Below, piece by piece: positions 38,362-50,469 of a stretch of 64,000 nucleotides of DNA. Under the pieces are notes generated by a model. That model ran no database searches. It saw only the letters and a program-made list of their open reading frames with translations, and was not told the DNA's origin. Source of the DNA: Microbotryum violaceum (taxonomy: Eukaryota); NCBI GenBank assembly GCA_001244265.2, contig CDLV01000013.1, forward strand, positions 682,001-746,000, written 5' to 3'. Each line of letters begins with the position of its first letter. The stretch's first letter is position 1. Position numbers and translations under genes: made by a program.

Positions 38362-40257
38362 TCACAACCCAAATACAATCCTCGACCCCGCCCTCCCGAC
38401 TCTATTCCCCTTGATCACCTCATTCGCTTCACACCCTTTAGGCCATCTCCAATTCCCCCCAAACGCCTTCTCCACTTCGGGTAAGAAATCCTGGAAGTAC
38501 CTATACCTTTCTTGATCTTTTTGCGCGGCGAGATTGAAATGTCTTCCTTCTTCATCATCATCCTGGACCATGTCCTCTTTCTTCATCCGCTCCCGCTGCC
38601 CCAGTTCCTGATCCAACAACCTCCCCAACTTCTTCCCCGGCCAATCATCCAAATCCGCTCCTCCCTGCCCTTCCCCCCCTTTCGGCACATGCGTGACCCA
38701 AACGCCCCTCAGGACTCTAAACTCCCACCCCATCGCGTTCAACAACGCGGTCTGACTCTGTTTATCGCCTCCTTGATCGGAGAACCTCTCCTCGAACAAA
38801 GGGTACGAGTTGCGATGAAGGACGTAATAAGGTTCCCATTGGGGTTCGTAACAGACCTTATACGACCAATCGGGTGAGGGTCGGAGCTGGGTTCGTGATG
38901 GGTGCGGGGCTAGAGGTGTGGTGTGAAAGAGGAGGGAGGGAAGGGAAGGGCCGTGACCTGCGTTAGGGTCCGTTAGGTACGCTGAAGGGGGGTTCATCGC
39001 GTAGAGCATCTCGTAAAGTGTGGCAAAGCTTTTAGGGATCTTCTTGACGGAAGGAGCGAGGGCGAAAGCGGAAATGACGAGAGCTTGTCTCGATTGGGTA
39101 GGTGAACCGACGGTTTCCGATCGGTGGGACATGAGTGAAGGGACTCGGACTTGAAGATGATGGTGCATCATAGGCGAAGGGATAAAATCCGCGTCGAGGA
39201 CGAGGAGGTACGAAGTAGGGGCTAGGCGTAAAGCATGGTTTCGTAGTTCGTTGATGGGGTATCGCAGGCGACGGATGAGGGCCTCCCTTGAGGTTGAATA
39301 AGAAGGTCGGACCAAAGTCAGCGACAACTTTGACCAAGCCGCTCGGAGTTCGTCATCGAGGTTCGTGATGAAAGTGGAGAGGATCTCGCCGTCGGAAGGT
39401 TCGGTGAGGTAGATGGTCAAGGAGATGGGAGCATCCCAGATGCGTAGGGTTTGGGTGAAGCGTTCGAGGCGGGTCACGGAGAGTTGGGTCACAAGGGTGA
39501 TATCCTCGAGGCGGGAGGCGAACATGGACGGGAGGCGAACGACCTTCCTTGTAGATGAATCTGCGAAATGAGGAGGGAAAACTTGAAGGTTAGACAGGTG
39601 AAGAGTCCGGAAAAGGACTGAGCGGAACTTGCCGAATTTGCCGAGTTGGCGCAAAGCCAGTAGCTCATCCTGCGTGACTGTGAACCGCCTCAAGCCCTCA
39701 CACGATCCCTCCTCACACCCATCCCCAAGATTGCTTTCAATCGTCTTATTCAAACCCCTCGAGTTGACAAAGGTCATTCGGGTCCCGAACGGCATTTCGA
39801 TCCTCCTGATGGGTCCTCGTTCGCTCCAAGCGAGTTCGGTCCATTCGTTCCATGGTCGGGACGATTTCAACCTTGGGATCACAGGCGGTGGGAATACGAG
39901 TGTTTGAGGTTCACCTCCGTCGTGGTAGTGTAGTGTGATTTTATTGCGTTCTTGTTGACTGGGCACGAATTGGACTAGGCGATCTCGACCCTTTGCTATT
40001 GCTACTTTCGAAGCTGAGGTCGTTGAAGAAGGCCCGTCCGACCCCGGCTCAGCGGCCCGATGAAAGAAATGATGCGTCAGATTTGTCAAAAGGAACCAAG
40101 CTCCCAGGAGAAGCAACAAGATCGCCAGCTTGCGTTGACGCGACGGCGAACTGGTCAATCTTCGAACCAAGCGACGATGCCACGGTGCGTTGTGGAGAAG
40201 GGTACGACTCTTGAGCGTCCCCGACGAACGATGGTTCGCCAACGAGGTCGGTGACAT
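38362..40257 (-). CDS. Type II membrane glycosyltransferase, GT49 (LARGE C-domain/B4GAT1-like), intronless
   Basis: N-terminal TM helix; DITLVTQLS..RL, ISLTIY, YPINELRN, LVLDADFIPS (DxD), WEPYYV, FEERF. Confidence 0.8.
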   Translation of the reverse strand: MSPTSLANHRSSGTLKSRTLLHNAPWHRRLVRRLTSSPSRQRKLAILLLLLGAWFLLTNLTHHFFHRAAEPGSDGPSSTTSASKVAIAKGRDRLVQFVPSQQERNKITLHYHDGGEPQTLVFPPPVIPRLKSSRPWNEWTELAWSERGPIRRIEMPFGTRMTFVNSRGLNKTIESNLGDGCEEGSCEGLRRFTVTQDELLALRQLGKFGKFRSVLFRTLHLSNLQVFPPHFADSSTRKVVRLPSMFASRLEDITLVTQLSVTRLERFTQTLRIWDAPISLTIYLTEPSDGEILSTFITNLDDELRAAWSKLSLTLVRPSYSTSREALIRRLRYPINELRNHALRLAPTSYLLVLDADFIPSPMMHHHLQVRVPSLMSHRSETVGSPTQSRQALVISAFALAPSVKKIPKSFATLYEMLYAMNPPSAYLTDPNAGHGPSLPSLLFHTTPLAPHPSRTQLRPSPDWSYKVCYEPQWEPYYVLHRNSYPLFEERFSDQGGDKQSQTALLNAMGWEFRVLRGVWVTHVPKGGEGQGGADLDDWPGKKLGRLLDQELGQRERMKKEDMVQDDDEEGRHFNLAAQKDQERYRYFQDFLPEVEKAFGGNWRWPKGCEANEVIKGNRVGRAGSRIVFGL

Positions 40258-40476
40258 CGTCGGGCCTCCTTCTAGGTGGTCGCCTTTCGGCTTGCGACGA
40301 GAAAGGGCCGACGACGAACGCGCGTGAAGGTAAGAAAGAACTCGCGGGATGACGTGTGTGGAGACGAACGAAGGATGCGCGTGTAAGAGCGTGTAAGCTC
40401 GTGTAAGCGGCTGCAGCTGGTGCTCAGGCTTGCCCAGGTCTGCCTTCTTCCTGACCTAGTACAAGCTGTCACCCGA

Positions 40477-40988
40477 TGATCATTCGGTCCACTCGCAGAG
40501 TCCTCCAACTACAACGTCGATTTTTCACCCCAAATCACTCTGCCAGAACCTGGATCGCCCCCATGTCGACGAGCTCAACGAGGTCGTTCGTTCCCCCACC
40601 GACCACGCTCAATTCGGCATTGGAACGGATACGAGAGCTCGAGAAGAGGTTGGCGGTGGCGGAACATGCGATAGAACAAACGACGGGGCAGACCCTTTCA
40701 CAACTACTCGGCGAGGATCAGGACGAGACGAGCTCAAATTGGGTTATTGCGAAATCGATACCGACAGTAGCAGCAGAACCGGTCCAGAACTCCACAGAGA
40801 TTGGGACTACGGGAACAGAACCTATCGACATCTCCCCCCTCGTACTGAAAGCGTTGGCGATCAAGAAAGGCGTACACATCGGTTCAATACCCGAAGACGA
40901 AGCATCGAGTCAAGTCGAGAAGTTGTGGAAAGGCTTGAAGCTGACGCACGAGCAAAAGGATCAGTTGAGGGCTTGGGCGGGGCTGTAA
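40477..40988 (+). CDS. Hypothetical small coiled-coil protein, possible mitochondrial presequence
   Basis: 170-aa ORF with ALERIRELEKRLAVAE heptads, divergent from the GT49 gene. Confidence 0.55.
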
Positions 40989-41832
40989 TTGAGTCGCCGT
41001 ATTGAAGCAACGTTTTCTGGGAGACGTGGCAGTTGCACATTGCCCGGTGTGGGGTATCACATGACCGGGATCTGCAACGTCGAGACTCCAACCCCGGCCG
41101 TGCATGCGCATCTCGATGCGTGCACTCAGCACTACAAATCACCGAAATGTCAGTCGGGCCAGCCAGGTCAGATTACAGTCTTACAATTTATGGCCTCTGT
41201 ACGACGGACCCTTGGCGCCACCCCTCATGACCATCCTTCGGCGTTAGAGGTGTGTCTCCGTCGTCGAGATTTTTTTACACCGATCTAAGTCGGCCGCAAT
41301 CATGCAAAGATTGTCCCACATAATTTCTCGGGATTGGCGGTGGTGCTGCCTATCGAGTGGGACTATCGTACCCGGGGTTGTACAGGACTGGTTGCTAGGT
41401 GGTGGGCAGGTACTGAGGACTTGACGGCGATCGCGGAGGGCAGCCGTCGCGGAGTGCAACTTCGTGATCTTGCTCATGCGAAGGATAAACGCGATAAACG
41501 CGGACGCCATTCAAATTTAGGACCGCGCCAGTCCATGAATCAATTCGGAAACTTTAAAAGCGCTTGAGCCCTCACCAGACCTTTCGCCTGTCGGCAACGA
41601 CGGGAAAGGCGGAGCTCGCGCGACAATCGCTTGGGCTTATCCGGCCAGTCGCTTCGCACCTCCCCACCCCCGGCCCCGCGCCGCGGCTCGACTAGCGTGA
41701 ACTCTCGTGAAATCAGATAGTTCGCGATACTGCAGTGCCCCTCTTGTGGATGATCACTATCTCCTTTTGAATTGTCATCCTCTTCACCTCCTTTCATCTC
41801 TTTCACCGCCCCTTAAAGACCAAGCACTATAC

Positions 41833-43957
41833 ATGGACATCATGACTCCCGAAGAACAGTGAGTCCCTCGCTCTCTGAGCCTCTCTCGACGAGGCGAGCC
41901 TAAGAAAGCCGAAAACTCCAAGTTACATGCGAAACTGATCACCACTCACCCGGACACTTCCGTCGTCGAACAATCACCGCACCAACAGAAAAGCTTTCGA
42001 GAAGCGTGTTGTAGGCAAGATTGGTAAGCCCTACGATTACATGTAGTCCCCTTCGCATATGTCGCGGACGAAGTCGACGCGAATCTGAATGTTTGTCCGG
42101 CCTTACGGCTTCGAAAATCCCCTGTACTCTGACACGGCCCGTCCTTTTCTGCTCGCATCACAGACATGCGCATTATGCCTTTGATCATCTTGTCCTACCT
42201 CATCAACTATCTGGGTCAGTACCTTCTTCGCACCGTGTTGCGCCACCGCCACTCTTCCCGCTTTTCATCGCCCCTAACTGACCTATCCCACGATTACCCT
42301 CTGCCAGATCGATCCAACTTGGGAAACGCACGCACCCTGAACAGCGACAAGCCTGGAGAGAGCCTCGTCGAAACGCTCAAACTGAGTGGTATGCGCTACA
42401 ACATCGTCGTTGCCATCTTCTTCATCACATACGTCCTCTTCGAGTTCCCGTCGACTTTTTTGATGAAGAAATTTACGCCGTCGCGATGGCTCAGGTCAGT
42501 TGCGAGCTTTTGACCGGTCATTTCAGAGAATGGTGTACTGAGACATTTGCTGGGGAATATTTAGTCGTATCATGGTCACCTGGGGCATCGTCACGATCTG
42601 CTCGGCCGCGGTCAAGTCTTACACTGGTCTCATTATCGCTCGTTTGGCTCTCGGTGTCGCCGAGGCTGGCTTTTTCCCTTGTTGCCTTTACCTCTTCACT
42701 TTCTGGTGAGCACTAAAGAAATACTGGTGGAAACCCAATGGTCGTCAGTATCTGAAGAAGGTCCTCATTGTCGTTTATTAGGTATAAGGCCGATGAACGA
42801 GCCACAAGGATGGCCTGGTTCGCCGCCTCGGTCGCAGTCAGTGGTGCTTTCGGTGGTGTGATCGCCACCGGTGTGAGCTACTTGTCGGGCGAAGGCAACC
42901 TCTTTGGATGGCAATGGCTCGTAAGTCGCGCGTTATGTTCAGCCACTTCTCCCGCCAGACTTTAAGATTGACTCGAGCTTTCTCCCCTCTCCTTCGCGAC
43001 GGAACAGTTCATCCTCGAAGGCATCCCCGCCGTTATTGTCGGTGTCATCGTCTGGTTCGCCCTCCCCGACTGGCCTGAAACAGCGACATTTTTGAACGAG
43101 GAGGAGCGTGCGTTCGCCATGGCCCGTCTCGGCGATGGCGCCCCTCGCTCGACGGATGCCCACTTCAACCGCGCCGACTTCTTCGCGACGATAAAGTCGT
43201 GGCAGTTCTACGCTTTTGCAGTCGCTTACTTCTTCATGGCAAATTCGCTCAATGCTTTCGGCGTAAGTTCACATACCAAGCACCTGAGAACGCGTTCACG
43301 AGACTAATTTTTCTCTCACATTCGCAATAGTACTTTGGCCCCACGATCATCAAAAACCTCGGCTACCACGGTGCCAAAGCCCAACTCATGACCGTCCCTC
43401 CCAACATCGTCGCCTTCTTCGTGATCCTCGCGAACGCAATGCACTCCGACCGAACGCGCGAACGACCTAAGCACATCATCGCCGGTCTCCTCTTCGTCGG
43501 ACTGGGTTACATCCTCCTCGCGACTGTCAAGACGACAGGTGTGCGATTCTTCGCCGTATGCTGCATCGCTTCGACCAACGCGGCTGTTATGCCTTTCGTA
43601 GCATGGCGTGCATCGACAGTTCAAGGTGCTACTTCGACGGCTATTGCTACGGCCTTCACCGTGGCCTTCTCCAACTCGGCAGGTGCAGTCGCTCCTTTCT
43701 TGTTCATCGCCAAGGATGGACCCGACTACACCAAGGGCAATTGGACATGTTTCGCCATGCTCGGTGCCGCAGTTGTCATCGTGATGGGTCTATGGTACTC
43801 GTACGGCGCTTCGTCGCAGTATCAAACCCACGCCAAGATCGATGATGGCAAGGACGATGTTGCGGATGAGGAGGCTGAAGTTGGGCAGGTTCGGACGGTT
43901 GCTAAGGATCCGAAGACGAGTACGGGAACAGATGAGGAGCAGGACTTGGAGAAGTAG
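41833..43957 (+). CDS. MFS transporter, anion:cation symporter (Dal5/Tna1) family, multi-exon
   Basis: D.RIMP, YLDRSNLGNA, FEFPS, GVAEAGFFP, GWQWLFILEG, LPDWPETATFL, LMTVPP, SDRTRER. Confidence 0.9.
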
Positions 43958-45141
43958 GATCACTTTGTTTGGCAGTTTGAGTTTTCCTAATATTTTCTGT
44001 TGTGGTGCATCAGTCTGGGTCCTGGGTTAGAAATGTATCGTATTTTCTCTTCTTGGAATGATTATATGGTTACCGAGACATAACTTCTTCCTCTCTTCGA
44101 GGACTTGACTGACGTTCACCATTTTCCGGCTACGGCAGAAATTTCTTTTGAGCTGCACGCTACTTGGAAAAGTGTTTGCTTGTGCAATGGTTCATCAACT
44201 CCGACAGCGACGCCGGCGGCGATCACTCTGGACTGACAGGGGCTTGCTGCACTGGCTGCATCGTCCGATCTCGGCAATTTTTGAGATGCTAGATCGTATC
44301 TGCTTGAAATTTATGAAATGCCTCTTCACTTTATCCAAGCGATACCTAGCTTTTGCAGCACCGTTCAAACGCAAGGCCGACGCGGGAGCAGCGCTTCCCG
44401 TGTTTTCCGCCGCGGACGATGCCGAGTTCTCGGCAAGAAAGCGCACGGGCACTGCTGCTGGCTGCATTACTCACCGTCGCGACCGCTGACGTCGTGAATG
44501 CCCTCGAAGCCGATGCTCTCGCAGGAGCGGTGGAGCCAGATATAGCCATGAGCTTTTTAGGTCGGCCTCAAACGTTCTGAGCTGACCCTCTTCGCACACA
44601 CCATTGGCACCAAGTCATTTCAGTGAGTAAAATTCATTCAGGGTCTTGTTGCAGTGGCTTCAAGTTGGCTGGGTTGGGCGGTTGGCCTTCGAATTCGACG
44701 GTCTCCGAGCTCGATGGCAAGCGGCACGAGGCCCAAAGCTTTTAGCTGGCCCGCAACGATGCGAGACGCGAGCGCTGACCGGCAGACCAAGACCGTCCTT
44801 CTCGGGGCACGCATTGCGGTCCGATTGGCAATCGCTGAAATCTTGGTGGTCTCATTCGTCCGAACACCCACCACTGCAGGAGCGAGCACTCACGTCAACT
44901 CTGAAAACACGTCTCTCGACTTTTTGGATCGTACGTCGAGTTCACCGCCAAATCGTCTTCCTTGTAGCCTGTAGCAGCTAGCAAGTCTAAGTTGGAGAGC
45001 AGCTCCCCGGCCAAGCTCCCGAGCCGACCGAACGCTGCTGGGTCGAGCCCCAAGTCCGGACAGTGCACGCCTGTGGGCCGGTCGCATCGATTGCATAATT
45101 GCGCCCCGGCTTCGCTTCCGCCCCAACGTTTCACGCCGGGC

Positions 45142-47889
45142 ATGACAGCCGCTGTAGCGACCATGTCTCCGACCTCCGCGAACAGTTCGGCCACTATGCA
45201 TCATCTGCATGCGGCCGCGAGTCAGGGTCACGACCCTTCGCGGGAGGCCTCACCGGCGTCATCGGTCGGGAGCAGCCACCTGCTGACCCCCACGAGTGTC
45301 GCACCTTCACCGTCGCCGGAACCGCCTGTCCGAGCAGACTCGACCAAGACCGCCGATTCGACCCAGTCGTCGCTGTACAATGGCAGTGCGAGCAGTCGAT
45401 CGCACAGCATCTCGTCGTCGGAAGGTCACTCGAACTCGAGCTCAACTTCGACCACCGGTACAGGGCTCGGCCTCGGGGCGCATGAAGTCGGCGGCGCCCC
45501 TTTGCCGTCGCCGCCTGGGATCCAGATGAGGCATTCTTACCAGATGGAGCGCGTCCCCTCACGCCACATGTCGCTCGAGGTTTCGTCGCGCTCATCTTCG
45601 ACCGAGACGCCCGACCATGGCCCACCGGATCATTCTAAACTCCGAGCCGCCGCGGCGGCGCTCCCCGGTCACGCATCGTCCTCGGCGTACCGAGAAAACG
45701 CCCACGGCTCAAACCATCACGCCCCCTCCGGGGCCCACGGCCACGCCCATGGTCACGGGCACGGTCATGGTCTCTCCTATGGTCATCCAGGCCAACACTC
45801 ACCTTCGAGCAACGCCAGATCGGGCCCCGTTACCCCGGGCGGAACGGCGACCCCTCCGCAGTTCATCTTCTCCAAGGTCGGCGAGCGCCAACGCGCCGCC
45901 TCGTACACGAGTCTTCACAACCACCACGCCGTGCACCACATGCCAATGCCGTCTCGCCAATCGACAAAGACGCACCATTCGGGCCCTTTGCACGACTTGC
46001 GCCGCTTCCTCAATAATCACATCCACCACTCCAACCCGGACAAGCATCTCGACCGCCACGGCCACCGCAGCGACTCGCGCGATACGAGCTCGCGAGTCTC
46101 GACCCGGCAGGGCTCCCCGAGCGCCAAGTCGAGTCCCAGCAACTCCGCACCGGGGACGCCTACGAGTGAACGAGTGCTCGACTACACCTCGACCGCCTCG
46201 CACCCGAGCCACCACCGCCACGGCCGCGACTCGCCCCCACTCGGCGAGGACCATGCCCACTTGACCAAAAAGTACGGCAAGTGGGGCAAAATGCTCGGCT
46301 CCGGTGCCGGCGGAACCGTCCGCCTCATCAAGCGCTCGAGGGACCACAGGGTGTTTGCGGTCAAGGAGTTCCGAGCCCGGAGATCGGGAGAGAGTGAGAA
46401 AGAATATGTGAAGAAAGTTACGGCCGAATTCTGCGTGCGTCCTTTCTGTCCTTTGCTTTCACCCGGCCCGCGAGGGTCATCCTCGTTCCGCTTTCCCCCC
46501 ACTGTTCGGACAGCCGAGCTGACAGTTTTGGGCTCGTACCCGTGGCCCGTTTTCCTTTTCTTGCAGATCGGCTCGACTTTGCACCATACTAACATCATCG
46601 AGACCCTCGACATCATCTCTGACAACGGCCACTACTACGAGGTGATGGAATACGCCGAGTACGACCTCTTCTCGATCGTCATGAGTGGGCGTATGACCCG
46701 CCCCGAAATCTACTGCGTCTTCAAGCAGATCGTCTCGGGTGTTGACTACTTGCATCAGATGGGATTAGCCCATCGGGATCTTAAACTCGATAACTGCGTC
46801 ATGACGGGCAACAACACGGTCAAAATTATCGACTTTGGCACGGCCGTCGTGTTCCACTATCCTGGTCAGAAACCGGTCAAGGCCGGTGGCGTCGTTGGTT
46901 CTGACCCTTACCTCGCCCCCGAGGTCATCAGCAAGAAGGAGTACGACCCGCGATTGACGGACGTGTGGTCTGTAGCCATCATCTTTATGTGCATGATCCT
47001 GCGACGGTTCCCTTGGAAGCTGCCCGACGCCAAGGCCGACGCTTCGTACCGTCTCTACGTCAGCTCTCATCCCGAGCTTTGCGTCGCCCCCTCGGGCCCC
47101 GATGCGACGATTGGTGGCAAGCCATTACCTTGCCGCTCGGTCACGCTCGACCCCGTCTCGCGTGCTACAACCAAGTCGGGGTCCAGTTCGCCCGTCCATG
47201 ACAACTTGTCGCGAAGCAGTTCCTCTGCCGGTGGCCAAGCGGCACCCATCGACAACGCGACCCGACGACGCGATCTTGCTGGACTCAACATCACGGCCTT
47301 GGCCCGCGTCGAGTCGCCCTCGTCGCTCTCGGCGGCTGGTGTCAACGCAGCCTTGTCCCCGTCCGATTTCGAGAGCCACAGCCCACCCACGGCGACCTTC
47401 GCTTCGCTCGGTCTTGAGCACCACGACACAGACGGCGGTGTGGACGGTACGCAGGCGACGCTCAAGGCCACAAACTCGACCGTTCGCCCCGAAGCGACGG
47501 ACTCTCCCCCGATCAAGTCCACGGTCTCGTACGAGAGCGATTCAATCGCGGGAAGTGATTACGCCCCTCTGCGCCGAGGGTTCTCGGTCGCTTCGGACGC
47601 GACCTGGACGACGGGCGCCGCAGACTCGATCTTCCGCCTGTTGCCCCGCGAGACACGGTCTTGCCTGACGCGCATGTTGACGATCGAGCCTTCGATCCGT
47701 TGCACGCTCGCCGACCTCCTGCGAGGTGGTGACGCCGATATCGCCGACCCTTCTCGACAAGACGAATGGTTGCCGACGGTCGAGATGTGCATTCAACACG
47801 GTGGAATTCCCCGAGGTCGCGAGGATGCTCATGACCACGTCAAGATTATGCCCGAAGGTGTCAAATCGCCCAAGAACAAGAAGTTATAG
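45142..47889 (+). CDS. HAL/NPR-family Ser/Thr kinase, Hrk1/Oca2-like
   Basis: [61 protein letters not shown]; one intron 46435-46566. Confidence 0.9.
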   Translation: MTAAVATMSPTSANSSATMHHLHAAASQGHDPSREASPASSVGSSHLLTPTSVAPSPSPEPPVRADSTKTADSTQSSLYNGSASSRSHSISSSEGHSNSSSTSTTGTGLGLGAHEVGGAPLPSPPGIQMRHSYQMERVPSRHMSLEVSSRSSSTETPDHGPPDHSKLRAAAAALPGHASSSAYRENAHGSNHHAPSGAHGHAHGHGHGHGLSYGHPGQHSPSSNARSGPVTPGGTATPPQFIFSKVGERQRAASYTSLHNHHAVHHMPMPSRQSTKTHHSGPLHDLRRFLNNHIHHSNPDKHLDRHGHRSDSRDTSSRVSTRQGSPSAKSSPSNSAPGTPTSERVLDYTSTASHPSHHRHGRDSPPLGEDHAHLTKKYGKWGKMLGSGAGGTVRLIKRSRDHRVFAVKEFRARRSGESEKEYVKKVTAEFCVRPFCPLLSPGPRGSSSFRFPPTVRTAELTVLGSYPWPVFLFLQIGSTLHHTNIIETLDIISDNGHYYEVMEYAEYDLFSIVMSGRMTRPEIYCVFKQIVSGVDYLHQMGLAHRDLKLDNCVMTGNNTVKIIDFGTAVVFHYPGQKPVKAGGVVGSDPYLAPEVISKKEYDPRLTDVWSVAIIFMCMILRRFPWKLPDAKADASYRLYVSSHPELCVAPSGPDATIGGKPLPCRSVTLDPVSRATTKSGSSSPVHDNLSRSSSSAGGQAAPIDNATRRRDLAGLNITALARVESPSSLSAAGVNAALSPSDFESHSPPTATFASLGLEHHDTDGGVDGTQATLKATNSTVRPEATDSPPIKSTVSYESDSIAGSDYAPLRRGFSVASDATWTTGAADSIFRLLPRETRSCLTRMLTIEPSIRCTLADLLRGGDADIADPSRQDEWLPTVEMCIQHGGIPRGREDAHDHVKIMPEGVKSPKNKKL

Positions 47890-48425
47890 CATCAATATGC
47901 TACCACACCTGTCGGAACTTCTTTATCAACCGATTTCCATATGCCCTCACTATCTTGTCTGTCCCGTCCTCTGCCGATCGTCTGTCTGTTTTTGTCTGGT
48001 CTCTTCCTGTTCGTCCATCGTCTGTTTATAGTCGCTTTCGTCATTTTTGGAGACTATCCTGGCGTCCGACTTCGACTACTACCTATCGACCTCTCGCTCT
48101 CGGTGTTTTCTTGTAGCCTTCTCGATGCACATATCAGACCTTGGATGAATGGGTCGTCGTCGCGTCGTCACTACACCTACACATACACGCTACACCTAAA
48201 GTGTTGTTTCCTCTTTCTCCTCCACCATTGTTTTAACTGTCTGTTAGCCATGGCTCGGAATCTCTCGTGTATCGATGTGTTCGTCTGCTATCAAAAGACT
48301 CGGAAGAATCGCAATGTGGAAAGTTTGCGCGTTCGGGGGAGATTCTCTTGCTTCTTTTGCTTCATCTTCTCCCACGTCACTGGAAGCGAAATGTCTATCT
48401 CGTATTGTATTGCCCGGGAAGCCCT

Positions 48426-50154
48426 CTACAACAGACGCAGCGCTGCGCCCCCAACTGTGCTCGACACCGTAAAGAAGAGCACGAATACCAACGCGATCCC
48501 AATCCAATCCCTCTGCCTCGCACGAACTTCAATCTCCCTCGACCCCTGTCGTCCTTTGGGGAATTCGCCCTCTCTATAGAACTGCGCCATCAACCCATCC
48601 TTGATTTCCCAACGTTTTCTAATCCACTTATCGAACGCATCCCTATCCTTCTGCGTCAACTCCTGTTCAATCGTCCGCGGTGATTTGCCTTTCTCGATCC
48701 CCGGACCGACGGGACATTCGGCTGCTGCGAGCCGATGAAGATGGAGATGAACGCGGGGAGAAGGTGTGCGGTACCCGAACCAGGAGAAGATGGTATAGTA
48801 CGATTGAGCGTAACCTTTTGGAGGAATGCCTTCGTAGCCTATTGTGAGGTCGTAAAGGGTCAAAGTTGGGAGGACGGATAAAGCGGTGCGCATGCAGTAC
48901 AGTAATCCGGCCGAGCGAGGGAGGACTAGGTTTTCGAGGTCGGGCTGGAGGAATGGCGGACAGCTAAGTTAATACCGAGGCGCCGCAGTCTTGTTTTTGC
49001 TCGACTCTACTCACGACTCCCAGCGTTCGAGCATACGCTTCACTCTTGGGACGAGTCAAAGCGCTGACCAGAGTTCCTTCAGGGTAGAGAAGCAACTGGA
49101 ACGGCAGACCGAGCGCGGTGCTTCGCTGCACATGGTGGTAGATCTCATCCGAATCTTGAAGTCGATGCTTCTTGTCTATAAATACGAATTCGAAGAGTTG
49201 CATCGCCTGGGGGAAGGTGACAAGACATCTCAGGAACGGCCGTGTATATGCAAATCAATGGCTCAACACCCAACCGCTTGAGGATACTCACCGGGCCAAC
49301 GATAGGCGCCCATCGAAGTGAAGCCTTGAGAATTATGACAATACCACCGTCGAGGTGTGCGAGTGCGAACAGGATCCTAGAGATACAAAAAGAAAGTAGA
49401 TTTGACTTGAGTGGGTGTCGGCCTGCTGAAGTCGCGTGGCCTACGTTCACGAACCAAGAGAAAATCCAGTCGCAGTATTGTTGATGGTTCGCAATCCATA
49501 CTGCAAAGGGAACACAACTGTTTAGATCTCTCTTATCCGCCATAAAGGTGACGCACCGAGTCTGCACATAGGAGCCCGGAGTGTCTCAGGTCGTCGCCGA
49601 GGTCGCGCTGATGAATTTTCCACGCCGGCGCAATGACGTCAAGCCACCGTCGACGTCAGCCAATCCAACTCACAACTCTGCTGATCAAACTCGAGCTTTT
49701 TGAACCTCCCCTTCTTATCCAACACGACCACCTGATCCAAATCGACCGTCTCGTCCGCGGTGATGACGAACGTCGTCGATGCGAAAAGGGACGTGATGAC
49801 GAGTAACGCGCTCGAGAACAGGCGTTTACAAAACTGCGCCGCTGAATAATGCCATAATCGAGTTTTCTTGTTGAGGCGCAACAGGTGGAGGGGGGAGAGG
49901 AGGAGCTGGAGCGTATGGATCGATACAAGTTGGAGGCCAAAGACGAGGGTGAAGGCGAGGGCGTGCAACCGCTTCCAGAGTGGAGGGTTCGACCTAGAGC
50001 GAATTGGGATCTCGTGCAGGCGCCCACTGCCACTTTCACGCCCGAGACCGCGCCTCTTGCCGACCGCCGGTGACGGTCGATCTGCTACTGGTAAGTCCTC
50101 TGGGCACTCCGGGAGCGGTTTGGAGTGCCCTACATCGTGTGGTGGAGCCACCAT
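48426..50154 (-). CDS. Lysophospholipid acyltransferase (PlsC family; Cst26/LCLAT1-like), multi-exon
   Basis: IANHQQYCDW, ILKASLRWAPIVG, FVFI, LLYPEGT, LLPRSAG, LYDLTIGY, KRWEIKD. Confidence 0.87.
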
Positions 50155-50469
50155 GGGGAGATCTGGGATGGGAGCAAGCGCAAGAGGGAGACGAAGAGCC
50201 ACGTAGACGCAATTGGCGCCAGCAGGGACTATTTGACTGAGTCGGGCCAGTCGGGGCCTCCTCTTCGGGGCCTCCTCTTCTTATTCATCCCCGGGGAGGT
50301 TCACGTGAGCTGCTCGGCAGGTGCGAGCGCGCTCGCCTCGCGATCGATCGATCGAAATACCGCCGAGATCTCCTTCTCCTCTTCGCAGTGGGCGTTTTAT
50401 CAAGGAATATGCACATTACAGTACCGTAAAGCTAACATCTGAAGGCAAAAATATATATCTAGTCGCAGT

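Noticed and set aside
47941-48579. 212-aa hydrophobic ORF
   Set aside because: Pyrimidine-rich kinase 3' UTR overlapping the antisense of the acyltransferase
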